Below are positions 14,189 to 28,199 of a stretch of 64,000 bases of DNA, piece after piece. Source of the DNA: Octopus vulgaris (lineage: Eukaryota); assembly GCA_951406725.2 (NCBI GenBank), contig OX597821.1, positions 112,158,001 through 112,222,000 on the forward strand, given 5' to 3'. Below the pieces are notes generated by a model. That model had not been told where the DNA came from and searched no databases. It was given only the letters and a program-made list of their open reading frames with translations. The stretch's first letter is position 1; each line of letters begins with the position of its first letter. The position numbers and the translations under genes were made by a program.

Positions 14189-15447
14189 CGTTGTTGGTTC
14201 GTTGTGATAATGTATGACACACGAGTGACAAGCTGTTAATATAATTTAGGAATGATGCATTAACAAAGTCCGTCACTTATTCCTAAACCTCAAACCAAAC
14301 TAAAGAATCTCGCATTATCAGCAAAAGATGTCTCTTCATTCTCCTTTCTTCTCCATTTCTTTTTGTTTTTGGTTTGGGGACAGTAAATGGCATAGAGACA
14401 TTGGTGGATACTTCTATTTCTATAATGTCAAAACTGGAGAAAGAACTAAGAGACTGATTTCAAGGATTCTGCTATTAAATTTCTTTTTTTAGATTCTACC
14501 CTCTTCTTTTCCGATGCCATTCTTGTATCGTTTTCTGCAGCTGGTGACTCATACAGTTCCAACACTTCCAGTTCCGACCAATGACATTAAACCCAAACCA
14601 AGGAAGGAACCGCAGCCTAGATTTTTGTTTATGTTTTTATCGTGTAGCTTAGCAATAAGAGCAGATGTGACTGTGTGGTTAAAAAGCATGTTTCGCAAAC
14701 ATGTGGTCCTGGGTTCAGTCCCACACTGCAACACCTTGGACAAGTATTTTCTACTATAGCCTTGGGCCAATCAAAGCTTTGTAAGTGGATTTTGTAGAAG
14801 GAAACTGAAAGAAGCTCATTTTATAACTATATATCAGTGTGTGTGCATGTGTGTGTTAGGTATCAACATAATGGTTGTAAACGAGCATCATTGTGATACA
14901 AGCGAGGTTGTTTGTTTCCTGCATTGCAATAAAAATATGTCCAACCATAGGGAATATTGATTTCAAATTTTTGTCACAAGGCCAGCAATTTCGAGGATGG
15001 TGAAAATTGTTTACGTTGACCCCAGTACTCAACTGGTACCTATTTTATTGACCTTAAAAAGATGAGAGGCAAAGTTAACCCCAATGAAATCTGAACTCAG
15101 AACATAAAAACAGATGAAATACTAGTGAGCATTTAGCTTGATATGCTACCAATTCTGCTAGCTTGCCATCTTAACCATAGGAAATATTATCTTGCTTGGA
15201 AATAGGCGAGAGGTTGGCAACAGGAAAGGCATCCAACCATAGAAAATCTATCTCGATAAATTGTCTGACCCATGCAAGCATAGAAAAATTGCTAAATGAT
15301 TATGGTGATGTATGTATACATATTTAATACTGAAATGCTTTTTGTCTGACTCTGAGGATTGCGCCAATATCAGCCAAACTTAGCCCCTACCCTGTATAAT
15401 GTGGATGCACATACACCTAAAAACAGATGGGGTGGTCATAATTGGAA

Positions 15448-15545
15448 CATCTTTAATCAAAGGTAAGATTATATCTTTAATCAAAGGTACGATTATATAT
15501 CTTTAATCAAAGGTATGATTACATCTTTAATCTTTAATCAAACAT
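15448..15545. repeat. Short tandem repeat (~24-27 bp x 4)
   Basis: atctttaatcaaaggta.gatta units. Confidence 0.8.
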
Positions 15546-16132
15546 GTGATCAAGGTCGAAGCAACCATTGTTTATGTTCACCTCAATCCTTACCAAAATG
15601 AGTCGAGTATAAGAGACATTGATTGAATAATAACAAACACAATTAACATCTTGAGATATCTTCAAGACTAAAAAAAAACAAAAAAAACAAAACAAAACAA
15701 CAAAACAACAAAAAAACAAATCAGAGCAATAAAAGAGACTTTGTTTCGTATAAATAACGATATTTCTTCATTAAAATATTTTTCTTTTTCTCAAAAGTTG
15801 AATGCCAAGAACAAGATTCCTGTAAAAAGAATAGTTTCCAAAAATTTCTGTTTTGTTCGTTCTATTTGTATAACATCTTTCTATTATGTAATTTTTTTTT
15901 TTTTTTTTGTTCAAAGAATAAAAAGAAACAGCGTTAAAATTCTTTTTGTCGTTTCTTGTTATTCTACTTCGAAGTAAATGTAATTTGCTCAATAGATAAA
16001 ATTAAAAATAAACAGCTTGTATTTAATAAAATTGTAGTGTCTAGCCTAGAAGAAAACTAATTTTTATTTCTTTTTGTAAAAAAAAAAAACCAAAAAAAAA
16101 TTCTGTTCTTTCAAAGTCAGCACTACCACGTA

Positions 16133-16733
16133 TGTATGATGTCATATCTTAATGTCTTACATCACGAGTAAGGAAAACATAACCCTTTCTATTATAGACA
16201 CAAGGCCTGGAATTTGTTGTGAGGGGGTTACATGATCACATCAACCCCGCAACACTTGATTTGTACTTAATTTATCGACCCCCAAAAGGATGAAAGGCAA
16301 AGTCGACCCGGGCGGAATTTGAAATCAGAATGTAAAGACAGGCATGCTAACGATTCTGGCACCTCACCCCCTTGAGTAAAGAAAATATAATGTTGAGGGC
16401 TAACCATTACAGGGTCTGTATGATGTCATATTTTAATGTCTTACATCACGAGTAAGGAAAACATAACCCTTTCTATTATAGACACAAGGCCTGGAATTTG
16501 TTGTGAGGGGGTTACATGATCACATCAACCCCGCAACACTTGATTTGTACTTAATTTATCGACCCCCAAAAGGATGAAAGGCAAAGTCGACCCGGGCGGA
16601 ATTTGAAATCAGAATGTAAAGACAGATGAAATACCTACTGCTGAGCATTTTGCCCGGCATGCTAACGATTCTGCCACCTCATCCCCTTGAGTAAAGAAAA
16701 TATAATGTTGAGGGCTAACCATTACAGGGTCTG
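16133..16733. repeat. Recent tandem duplication (284 + ~316 bp), each unit containing a SINE A copy
   Basis: Units start tgtatgatgtcata at 16133 and 16417. They are near-identical except for a ~32-bp deletion in unit 1. Confidence 0.9.
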
Positions 16734-18335
16734 ATGCTTAGGGTAACAGTTGGGTTCAGTTGGACCCATAAATACGTATGTGCGTGTGTCTATATATAAA
16801 CATATGTATCATGGTATTGACTAGACCATTGAAGGTGGCTATGCATCATTGGTCACCCTGCGCTTTACATCAATTTAGCTTTTGAATGATGTCATCTTGC
16901 TGGCAAGGTGAGCAGGCCAACATTCCCCCTGATTGGAAGCCTATTCCCATCATAGGTAACACATTCGCAGCTGAGTGGACTGGGGCAACATGGAATGAAG
17001 TGTTTTTTGCTCAAGAATACAATGTGCCATATTGGTAATGGTGCCATGTCTAAAGCCCCTGTGCTGGTGCCATGTAAAAAACCCATAATACATTCTCCAA
17101 AGTGGTTGACATTAGGCGGGGTGTTTAGAAATAGAAACCAAGCCAAAAACAGAATATGGAACCTGGTGTGACCTCCGGCCTTGCCATTTTCTTTCAAGCC
17201 ATCCAACCCATGCCAGCATGGAAAAACGGATGTAAAAGATTGAGGATGATGATGGTGTGTGTATGCCCTGGTCCTGACAGACTTACAACGGTTGTAAATG
17301 AACATCATTGTCATGTAAGCGATGCTGTTTATTTTCATTTTCAGCAGAAGTGTTGGGGAAAGGATGCTTATGAATGCCTATGATTTCTGAGAGCCAGGAA
17401 GGAAGGAAGAAAGAAAGGAAACAATGAAAGAAAGGAAGAAAAGAGTGTGTGTGTTTGTGTGTGTGTGATTATGTGTGTGTGTGTGATTGTGTGTGTGTGT
17501 GTGTGAATGTGATTGTGAGTGTGTGTTTGTGTGATTGTGTGATTGTGATTGTGTGTGTGTGAGTGAGTGATTGTGTGTGAGTGAGTGATTGTGTGAGACA
17601 GTCTGAGAACATACTTCTGGGCTGTTGCAAGGAAGAAGAAGAAGAGGAAGAAAGCAGACAAAAGAATCGTAGAAGAAGGAACAGACTAAGAAGTAGTGTT
17701 TCAATGGATTCCAACTTAACCAAAGTTGCCACATTCTTTCGAGAAGGAACCATATGCTTTCTATTTGAAGTATGACATAGAAGACAGTTGAAGGGGGATC
17801 ACATTCATGACATCACTTGACAGTCAAAGAATACTTTGGAGGTGGGGGGCGAAGGAGGAAGGGGCAGGGGGAGCGAGACATGGTGTTCAGGGTGGGAATA
17901 AGGCAGAGGAGAGAGAGAGAGAGAGAGGGAGAATAACAGTGTTTGGAATTCTGCTTACCATTTCCGCCACCCACCCACCCAACCACCCACTCACCCCAAC
18001 TCGTTTTCGTTGCCCCCACCCCCCCACCTCTCCTGTTTCTTTTCTCCACTCACTATTAATATTATATCAGCGTTCCTATTTCTTTTATTTTTACAGTCAT
18101 GTGGGTTGGGGGGATGAGTGGGGGGGGGGGGGAATGAGAAAAAAAAAAAGGGAATGGTGGGATAAGAAATGGTGCCCCCAGACAGATTCTGGGGGTTCTT
18201 TGAATTCAACCATCGCTTGTGTGTGTGTGTGTGTTTTGGACATGGTATGTGGCTGTAACATCGTGTGTATATGGATATAGATGCAGGAGTGTACATGCGT
18301 GCTTGTGTATGAGCATATATATATATATATATTAA

Positions 18336-18561
18336 GGCGGTGAGCTGGCAGAAACGTTAGCACGTCGGGCGAAATGCGTAGCCGTATTTCGTTTGCCGTT
18401 ACGTTCTGAGTTCAAATTCCGCCGAGGTCGACTTTACCTTTCATCCCTTCGGGGTCGATAAATTAAGTACCAGGTACGCACTGGGGTCGATATAATCGAC
18501 TTAATCCATTTGTCTGTCCTTGTTTGTCCCCTCTGTGTTTAGCCCCTTGTGGGTAGTAAAG

Positions 18562-18566
<5 letters not shown>
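18336..18566 (+). mobile_element. tRNA-derived SINE, family A, near full length
   Basis: A-box-like tgagctggcagaa, B-box gagttcaaattcc, central ctttcatcc(c/t)ttcggggtcgataaattaagtaccag, and tail ...gtagtaaagaaata. Many copies in the window. Confidence 0.85.
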
Positions 18567-18610
<44 letters not shown>

Positions 18611-18776
18611 TACATATATACATATACATATATATATATATATAAATTTGATTAAAACTCTTTAAGACATTGCTACAGCATGGCCACAGTCAAATGACTG
18701 ACACAAATAAAAAAGTGGAATATATATATATCATCATCATCATCATCATCATCATCGTTTAACGTCCGCTTTCCAT

Positions 18777-19105
18777 ATCAAATTGACCCGAGGCTTTATT
18801 CTTTGTAGGCCTATCACTTATTCTATCAGTCTCTTTTGCTAAGCCGCTAGTTTACGGATGCGCGTAAACACACCAAGATCGGTTGTCAAGCAATGCTGAG
18901 GGAACAAACAGAGACACAAAGACACAGACCTATAAATATATATAGGATGAGCTTCTCTCAGTTTCTGGCTACCAAATCCACTCTCAAGGCTTTAGTCGGC
19001 TTGAGGTTATAGAAGGCACTTGCCCAAGGTGCCACGCAGTGGGACTGAACCCGGAACCATGTGGTTGGGAAGCAAGCTTCTTACCACATAACTACACCTG
19101 CACCT
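18777..19105 (-). mobile_element. SINE family B copy
   Basis: Reverse complement of family B head and body. Confidence 0.8.
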
Positions 19106-19279
19106 ATGTGTGTGTACATATATATATATATATACACAAACACACACACACACATATATATACACACACACACATATATATACACATATATACATAGATA
19201 GGCCTTTGTTAGAGTTGTTTAAGGACACACTTCTTATTTTTATTTTCCCTCCATTTTCTTATTGTCTATATATACATAT

Positions 19280-19348
<69 letters not shown>

Positions 19349-19691
19349 TAGATAGCCTGTTAATTGCATTAGTATTTGTATACTATTTCTCCATTTTTTT
19401 TTCTATCCTTGTTTTCACATACATTCACTGTTTTCTTCCAAGGAATCTAATGCTCTTAGCTTAGTTTTACATTGGGGCTGGCCAGACTGGAGCAATCTCC
19501 AGTATAACCAGCCGAAATTTCAAAGATAATCTGAAACTCAACTGAGGATAGAAAACTCCGAATGACCCGCCCTTGTATTTTTTTGTATCGCCTGTCTGAA
19601 TGTTTTGCGTTCTTGTCCCATTTTTGTATTTTCTATATACATATATAAATATATATACATACATATACACACACATATATGCATATATATA

Positions 19692-19800
19692 GGCACATGG
19701 CGTAGTTGTTAAGGTGTTGCTCTCATGATTATAAGATTGTGGTTTCAATTCCTGGACCGAGTGATACATTGTGGTCTTGAGCAAAACACTTCACTCCACA
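19692..19800 (+). mobile_element. tRNA-derived SINE head (second copy at 50681-50810)
   Basis: tggcgtagttgttaaggtg...ggtttcaattcctgg...cttgagcaaaacacttca. Confidence 0.65.
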
Positions 19801-20923
19801 GAATCCAAGAAACCAGCCTCATGAGCCTATGGTGTGGGAATGACCTTTGATCTTTTTATATACGTAAGTAGTTAGGGCCCTGTATACAGATGTGTTTGTT
19901 ACCAAAGCCATCGTTAACAATGAGTGAGTGGTGTCATTTGTTTGCTGTCTTCTGTGAAAGCATGTCCATGCTTCACATGACATGTTGCAAAATCTTTGTA
20001 AGCAATGGTATACAATCTCTGTAGACAATTTGAACTAAACGGTGACGGTTGTTGCCAGTCTACTGTGTAAACATTTCCAGGATGTTTGTTGTTTTGATAT
20101 AACAAAGCAGGAATTGAAAAAAACACGAAAGATGTTTAACTAGTGGCTTTTGTTTAACACTAGGTCAGTCACTACCATTGCAATCTAGCAGAGCACCACT
20201 GATCAGACCTTCTAACCGCGACCACCTTGTTTGTTTATTCTTATATACCGAAAACCCAGTACCACATGAAGCAATCATGCCACATGTTATTTTCTAAGAT
20301 GGTAGTGGAGTGGAGTTCAAAAAAGACTTAGCTGTTATTTTTAACAGATTCCCACAACCACCTAGAGACTCGTGGTTCCTTGGTGGCGGAAATGTTCTAA
20401 AAATCTAAGGACAACAATAGATTTCATATACACTTGTAGTATAGGATTAGAGCAGATAAACAGTGGGTAGATGGGGTGGGGATGCAGACATAGATTGGGT
20501 TTTGCATCTCTCATCACCCTCCCCACCTTTCCCCACCCCCTCCATCTCTTTCCAGCAATTGTTCAGATAATAGATGGTTAACAAAAGTAAAATGGGTGCA
20601 TTTATGCATGTATGTGTGGGTATATATATATGTGTGTGTGTGTATATATACATGTGTGTTTATATACGTGTATATATATATGTATATATCATCATCATCA
20701 TTTAGCGTCCGTTTTCCATGCTAGCATGGGTTGGACGGTTTAACTGGGGTCTGTGAAGCCGGAAGGCTTCATCAGGCCCAGTCAGATTTGGCACTGTTTC
20801 TACGGCTGGATGCCCTTCCTAACGCCAACCACTCCATGAGTGTAGTGGGTGCTTTTTACGTGCCACCTGCACATATATATATATATATATATATACATAT
20901 ATATACGTATATATATGCACTTG

Positions 20924-20958
<35 letters not shown>

Positions 20959-20971
20959 GCACTTGTGTACA

Positions 20972-21025
<54 letters not shown>

Positions 21026-22070
21026 TACACACACACACATATATATATATACATATATACATACACACCACACACACACACACATGAACACATACGAACA
21101 TGCGTATAAGTTAATCACAAGAGAGAAAGGGATTTATTTATTTATAAACAGCGAGTGCGGTGAGGATTTGGTCACAGGGAAGTTATTTATACCTATCGTC
21201 GTCATCATCATCATCATCATCATCCTCACCACCATCCCCACTGCTTCCACCATCACCACCACCACCACCACCACCAGCGCTATCATCATCATCATCATTT
21301 TGGTTACCATCATTGCTCAGCACTTCCAAAGCCACCATCACCACAACTACCATTGTCATCATCAACCACAATCAGAACTACCACCACCACCACCACAAGT
21401 ACCACCATCATTGGAAACACTACTCACACCTCTACTGCTCTAACCACCGCCACCACCATCACAACTCTCTCCACCACTGCCATCACCATCATCATCATCA
21501 CCATCATCGTCGTCAGTAGCAGCAGCATCTGCGTACATCTCCACTCTAGCAGTGGTATGGAATTCTAACTTATAAGGAACTGACTGGCAAAGCTGCTGCT
21601 TGCTTTTAAACAGATCTGTAGAGAGAGTGAGAGAGAAGGGGGGGAGGGAGAGTGTGTGTGTGTGTGTGTGTTAGTATTAGGGTGAGAAAAGGGAAAGAGA
21701 GGATGAAGAACTGGAGGGGAAACAGCGGTAATGAGAAAGGAAGACGACAATATGAAGGTGTTTCGAATGAAACAGTCTTGTTCTCACCACTTTGTGTGTG
21801 CCTGTACGCACATATATACACATACACACACACACATATATACACATACACACACACACAAACATATATATATATATATACATATATATATACAGACATA
21901 TATATATATATATATACACACACACATATATATATATACACACACACACATGATGATGATGATGATGATACACACACATATATATATATACACATACATA
22001 TATATATATACACATATATACACATATACATACACACACCTCTGGTTTCTTGTACGCATGCATGTGTGTA

Positions 22071-22102
<32 letters not shown>

Positions 22103-22436
22103 CAAACACACACATATATGTATAGATATGCATGTATGCATAGATGCATTTGTGTAGGCTTATAAATATACCCACACAAACAAATACAATATTCCCTCAT
22201 ATATAAACACATTGGTATATATATTCCTCAGTTTCTCTCTTACAAATGTGTGTGCACACACATACGTACATACACACACACACACACATATATAGTGAAT
22301 TCTAACAGGAATAGACTGCTATATAAATATAAGACCTATACAAATAATACATTCTCAATATATAATATATACTTCTAAAAATTGTAGGTTATACACATAC
22401 ACACACATATATATACACATACACACATATATATAC

Positions 22437-22473
<37 letters not shown>

Positions 22474-22809
22474 GACTCACACACACACACACACACATAC
22501 ACACGGGCACAAATAGGTAAAAAAGATGGGGAAAAAAGCATTTGTATATACATTTAAACATAAACCTGATACCAGTGTGGTTACACATAACCATACACAC
22601 ACAAGAACATATATATATATATATGCAGATATATAAACACACGCACACAAGCATGTATGCATGCACGCAGAGATATCTGTATAGATAACACACACTCACA
22701 CACACACACACACACAGACACACACACACACACACACACAAGCGTAGAAATACTAAGAACCTTGTTAATAGGTAGGTGTTGTTGAGAAGTAACTGTTAGC
22801 TATTGAGTA

Positions 22810-23290
22810 GTGGTGAGAGGAAGAGAGAGGAAGACAGAGATAGTAAGAGAGGAAGATGAGAGGGAGAGAGTGATGGGAAAGAGAGACAATAAGGGACAAA
22901 GAAGGGGAGAGAGAGGGGAAGTGAGAGAGTGATGGGGAGAGAGACAGTAAGGGAGGAAGAAGGAGAGAGGAAAGGAGAGAGTAACGAGAGAGGAGATAAA
23001 GAGAGAGTAAGTGTGAGAGAAAGGCAGAAAAGAGAGAGTGAGACAGAGAGACAGAGGGCAAAAGGGAGGGAGAGAGAGAGCAGAGCAAAGAAAGAGAGAG
23101 AAGGGAGAAGTGGGAGAGATGGTGAGAAAAGAGTGGAAGAGAGGAGAAAGAGAGGGCAAGAAAGAGCAAAAGATGAAGGAAGACAGAGGAAAAAGGGAGA
23201 GACAGAGAGAGAGAGAGCAAAGAGAGAGAGATAGAAAATGAGAGGTGAGAGAGCAAAAAAGAGAAAGACAGAGAGAGAGAGAGAGGTGTT
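22810..23290 (+). repeat. Polypurine (GA) tract
   Basis: Almost exclusively A/G on the + strand. Confidence 0.85.
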
Positions 23291-23770
23291 TAGTGGTTAT
23301 GAAGTTAACAGGAAGGACAGGGGGTGGGGCAGGGGAGGAGTGGGTAAGGATTTTGTTTAATTTCTATAATTTTTTTTACAGCTTTTTTCTTTTCTTTTCT
23401 AGTTGTGTAAATTTATTCCTTTTATTTTTATTTTTATTTTCATTTTCCTTGCAACATACAATCTGGCTTCCCAGTTTGTTAAAAGCTTTGATACAAAAGC
23501 AAGAAATCAGTTAAGACTCTCACAGAAAAGTCTGCTGGAATGGTGAAAAGCTTTATTTACCTTTTTTTGTTTTTTTATTTTATTTAAAACAATTTTTTTG
23601 TTGTTTTGTTGTGTTTTGTATTGTTTCACTCATTCTATATCACCATTATCACTGAATTTGCCTTTCATCGTTTCAAGACTGATAAAGTAAATACCAGTTG
23701 CATATTGGGGTCAATGTGATCGACCTACCCTCCACCCCTGAAGTACTGGCCTTGTGCCAAAATTTGAAAC

Positions 23771-23812
<42 letters not shown>

Positions 23813-23819
23813 ATTTCAC

Positions 23820-24170
23820 CTTGCTGGAACATGTGCCGCTGGGACATGAAAAAACAACATTTGAGTGTGGTCGTGCCAGTGCCACCGAACTGGCACCCAT
23901 GCAGGTGGCACATAAAAACCACCTTTTGAGCATGGTCGTTGCCAGTAGTGCCTGACAGGTCCTCGTGCCGGTGGCACTTAAAAGCACTCACTACACTCTT
24001 GGAGTGGTTGGCATTAGGAAAGGCATCCAGCTGTAGAAGCATTGCTAGATCAAGATTGGAGCCCGGTGCAGCCTTCTGGCTCAGCAGTCCCCAGCCAAAC
24101 CATCCAACCCATGCCAGTATGGAAAGCGGACGTTAAACGCCAAAGACAATGGCGATGATGATGATGATGG
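23820..24170 (+). mobile_element. Family C repeat (RTE-related 3' tail or SINE ending in (GAT)n)
   Basis: gagtggttggcattaggaa.ggcatccagctgtagaa...ccaacccatgccag.atggaaagcggacgttaaac+(gat)n. Copies at ~2270, 5570, 17100, 20690(-), 29340, 29620(-), 41470, 50190(-), 50965, 58380, 59130(-) and 60963. Confidence 0.75.
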
Positions 24171-24325
24171 TTATGGTTATGAATGCAGCAAAATGGCAGA
24201 ATTGTTAGCAAGGTGCTCCGATTCACAGTACTCAGAGTTACTCCTTTCTGATCATCAGGTGGTAACATGAGCCCGGTTATGTTTGAAAATTCAGTCTGAA
24301 TATTTATTTGAAATATGAAATGAAA

Positions 24326-24489
24326 GGACGAAGAGCGGCTGTGTGGTAAGTAGCTTGCTTACCAACCACATGGTTCTGGGTTCAGTCCCACTGTGTGACA
24401 CCTTGGGGAAGTGTCTTCTACTATAGTCTCAGGTCGACCAAAGCCTTGTGAGTGGTTTTGGCAGACGGAAACTGAAAGAAGCCCATATG

Positions 24490-24557
<68 letters not shown>

Positions 24558-24777
24558 GCATGTGTATGTGTATATATTTGTGTGTCTGTGTTTGTCTCCC
24601 CAACATCGCTTGACAACCGATGGCGGTGTGTTTACGTCCCCGTAACTTAACGGTTCGGCAAAATAGACCAATAGAATGAGTACTAGGCTTACAAAGAATA
24701 AGTCCTGGGGATCGATTTGCTCGACTAAAGGTGGTGCTCCAGCATGGCCACAGTCAAAGGACTGAAACAAGTAAAAG
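24326..24777 (+). mobile_element. tRNA-derived SINE, family B (CORE-like segment, internal TA/TG microsatellite), full length
   Basis: ggctgtgtggtaag...gggttcagtccca (A/B boxes), accttgggg/caagtgtcttctactatag, internal (TA)n(TG)n, and tail gctccagcatggccacagtcaaa.gactgaaacaagtaaaag. Confidence 0.85.
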
Positions 24778-25137
24778 GGAATGCATGCTTATCATTATGT
24801 TCTTTTGTTGAGAAACCATTGTGAACGACCCATGTGAAAATGGCTGCTTCAGCCTCACATCTTTGACTTCATTTCTGGTTCTAACAATAATATTATCCTA
24901 GGTGCCATAAACTCCATACAATCGAAATTATGAAATTGCATTGCTGTTTATGTAATGTACCAGATATAATGCTTTTAAGCAATACTTTTAATTAATACTT
25001 TTAATTAGTGTTTTTAAAAACAATAAGTGTATATTGAATAACTTGGCTTTAAAGTGTAAACCTAATTAAAAACTAACTTGACAACTCTCTCTACTGTTTT
25101 CTTTCTCTCTCTCTCTCTCTCTGTCACATATGCATGT

Positions 25138-25897
25138 AGTGTAAAATGTACCTATTTCTTTACTACCCTCCAGGGGCTAAACACAGAGGGGACAAACAAG
25201 GACAGACAAAGGGATTAAGTCGATTACATCGACCCCAGTGTGTAACTGGTACTTAATTTATCGACCCCGAAAGGATGAAAGGCGAAGTCGACCTCGGTGG
25301 AATTTGAACTCAGAACGTCACGGCAGACAAAATACCTATTTCTTTACTACCCACAAGGGACAAACAAGGACAGACAAATGAATTAAGTCGATTACATCGA
25401 CCCCAGTGTGTAACTGGTACTTAATTTATCGATCCCGAAAGGATGAAAGGCGAAGTCGACCTCGGCGGAATTTGAACTCAGAACGTCACGGCAGACAAAA
25501 TACCTATTTCTTTACTACCCACAAGGGACAAACAAGGACAGACAAATGAATTAAGTCGATTACATCGACCCCAGTGTGTAACTGGTACTTAATTTATCGA
25601 CCCCGAAAGGATGAAAGGCGAAGTCGACCTCGGCGGAATTTGAACTCAGAACGTCACGGCAGACAAAATACCTATTTCTTTACTACCCACAAGGGACAAA
25701 CAAGGACAGACAAACGAATTAAGTCGATTACATCGACCTCAGTGCGTAACTGGTACTTAATTTATCGACCCCCGAAAGGATGAAAAGTGAATTCGACCTC
25801 GGCGGAATTTGAACTCAGAACAAAATACCGCTTAAATATTTTGCCCGGTCTGCTAACGTTTCTGCCAGCTCACTACCTTTCAGTGTAAACTGTACCT
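25138..25897 (-). mobile_element. Head-to-tail 4-unit concatemer of SINE family A within one 16-bp TSD pair
   Basis: Unit starts (tacctatttctttactaccc) at 25149, 25333, 25501 and 25669, giving periods of 184, 168 and 168. Direct repeats agtgtaaaatgtacct (25138-25153) and agtgtaaactgtacct (25882-25897). Confidence 0.88.
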
Positions 25898-26641
25898 CAC
25901 ACACACACATGTGGACGCGTGCACATGTGCACACGTGCATACATGTACATGCATATGAAAGACATGCTTGTTAAAGCGGAATCTTGTTTAACAGAAACTT
26001 TATAAAAGATAGCCATGGAGAAACTTCCAAGTCATAGTGGTTGAGAAATTGGCTTGATAAGCAATTGGCCGAGAGTATAACGAAGATGGAACTAGTAAAT
26101 TAATTAGGCATTAATCAAGATCTATAGCGATGAGTGGTGAGACCTGTAATTAATGGGAATATTGTTAAACTGAAAATCTCTCAGTTGCGGCATGTGGTTC
26201 CAGTTGATCCAATCAATGGAACAGCCTGTCCATGAGATTGATGTGCAAGTGGCTGAGTACTCCATAGACACGTGTACCTATTTCTTTACTACCCCAAGGG
26301 GCCAAATACAGATGATTTAAGCATAACCAAAAAACGTTTTGGTTTCATGAAACCCAAAGTTTCTAGACAGCTTTTAGTACCAGGGTGACTACTGCTAAAG
26401 TTATTCAAAAACTGATAAATGCCGAACCCAACAAGCTAAGCTTATAAAAGTGTATAAACATACATAAAGTGTGGCAGAAAAATTTCCCATATTGTATAGA
26501 GCCATTGTTGTGGCGCTAGTTAAGTCAGATATGCAGTGAAGATGTCTTTATAGAGCACATGCTTCACTATTTTATTTCTTTTATTCTTTTCAGTTCCCAA
26601 CATGACTGGAACTGGGACATACTTGTGTGCTTACTGTTTAA

Positions 26642-26861
26642 CCTTTTAGTATTTAAATCGGCCATATCCGGTCAAAATAGTTAATCTGTTTTATGTTCAA
26701 ACTGATCAGATCCAGGCTCTCACACCTACCCTACAATGTTATTCTACGTTAAGTAATTACACCATCAAGATCTTGAAGATATGAGATAATGCATGATTAA
26801 TTCAAATCAATGGGAATCAATAGGCATTATGTTTGATTGAATAATCTGAACCATTAAAGGG
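26642..26861. mobile_element. piggyBac-like MITE, same family
   Basis: TTAA-ccttttag...ttaaaggg-TTAA with internal ctctcacacctaccctacaa. More degenerate copies at ~3826-4040 and ~27270-27510. Confidence 0.75.
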
Positions 26862-27759
26862 TTAAACATTTACCAGAAATTTTAAATCCAGGAGGACTTT
26901 TTGTTGCACTCTGTAAAAAGTAAATATACCCAAAAGAAAATTGCACACCATTACACTGCAAGACTACAGAGAGTTGAACTATAGAAGCAATACTCAAGTC
27001 AGGGATGGGGGAACCAATTTTGGCCCTGGAGATGAAATACGAAATCACAAGAACTCATAGGGTTACATCTGTGCTATGACAAAATAGTGAGTCATTAGAC
27101 TGACATATTGAATTTTACCAGTGAAGAGAACAGGTGTATAAACATCAAAGAATGAATCCATAGTAATCGCGCAATCAATTAATAAGACGTCGTTAAACTC
27201 CAATACATAATTACATTGCAGTGAATCCAGATGAGAGAGACTCGTGTGTATATACATGATCAGCTAAAATAACCGTTTAGTTTTTAAACAGGCCGTATCC
27301 AGCCTACATGTTCTACCCGTTTTGTGTTCAAACCAGCTAGGTTTAGCCTCTCACACCTACCTGACAATGTCTTTCTAAAAAATAAAACAATCACATAATT
27401 GAAATCTCAAAGCTATGAGATAATGCATGATTAACTTAAAACAATATGAATAAATAAATAAACATTACATTTGACAGGTTAATTACATTTTACAGGTTAA
27501 TTAATCTGAATCAATATATTTAGAATAAAAACAGAAAAGCTTAAATTTGAAAGAGAGTTCTACACTTTAGTTGCATGCACAATTTTTTCTGAGAGTTACA
27601 TATGAAGAAAAGGGGTGCAAAATATATCCAGTATTGGATGTGAAACCTCCCATCTGTGAGTAGGTAGTTCACCCAGCACCTTATTTGTTCAACCATTTTT
27701 ATGGAGTCAAGAGGTCAGGTCAGGGATGGGGTCATGTGTTTTTGCAGTGCATTGATGCA

Positions 27760-28155
27760 TGACACATGCAATGAAGCATGTCCCGACACCTCCCAGTTGG
27801 CCTGTCCAGCAGAGTCCCAGTCAGTCTCCATCTTCATGGAGATTATCCTTCATCTGTCATGAACAGGTGGCACATTGTTGACTAAAACAAGCCATCAACC
27901 CATCCAGATATTCAGTGAAGAGAAAATGGTAATCAGATTCTAACTTGGAAAACTGAGCAACATGGCCAAGAACTCTGAGCAGTCATTCCTGAATCACCTA
28001 AGTAATAGAATGCTTCCCAGTTTCTGCGTAAATGGTAAATGATAATCCTGCACAGCTTCCTTGTACCAAAGGAGTACAAGGGGCTCCTAAGGGCCCTGGA
28101 CAGTGTCCAAATCTCATAATTATAGATCAGGACAGGGAGGACCAGAGACCCAAAG
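27760..28155 (-). mobile_element. Degenerate RTE-type LINE fragment (ORF C-terminal region)
   Basis: SLVLPVLIYNYEIWTLSRALRSPLYSFGTRKLCRII resembles the LINE motif 'vlPvLlYg.EtWtl....rL..F...lR.I'. It supplies the spurious tail of ORF 27933..28895. Confidence 0.6.
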
Positions 28156-28199
28156 AAGTAGGAATGGAATGGGAAAAATAGGAACATTATGAAACTTAC

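Noticed and set aside
13573-14276. Long ORFs rich in L/F/S or K/E/R (also 48017-48849, 53030-53927 and the many YIYI/THTH ORFs)
   Set aside because: These are translations of microsatellite or polypurine tracts that lack stop codons by composition.
18336-18425. tRNA gene
   Set aside because: A and B boxes are present but there is no full cloverleaf, and the sequence continues into a multicopy SINE body.
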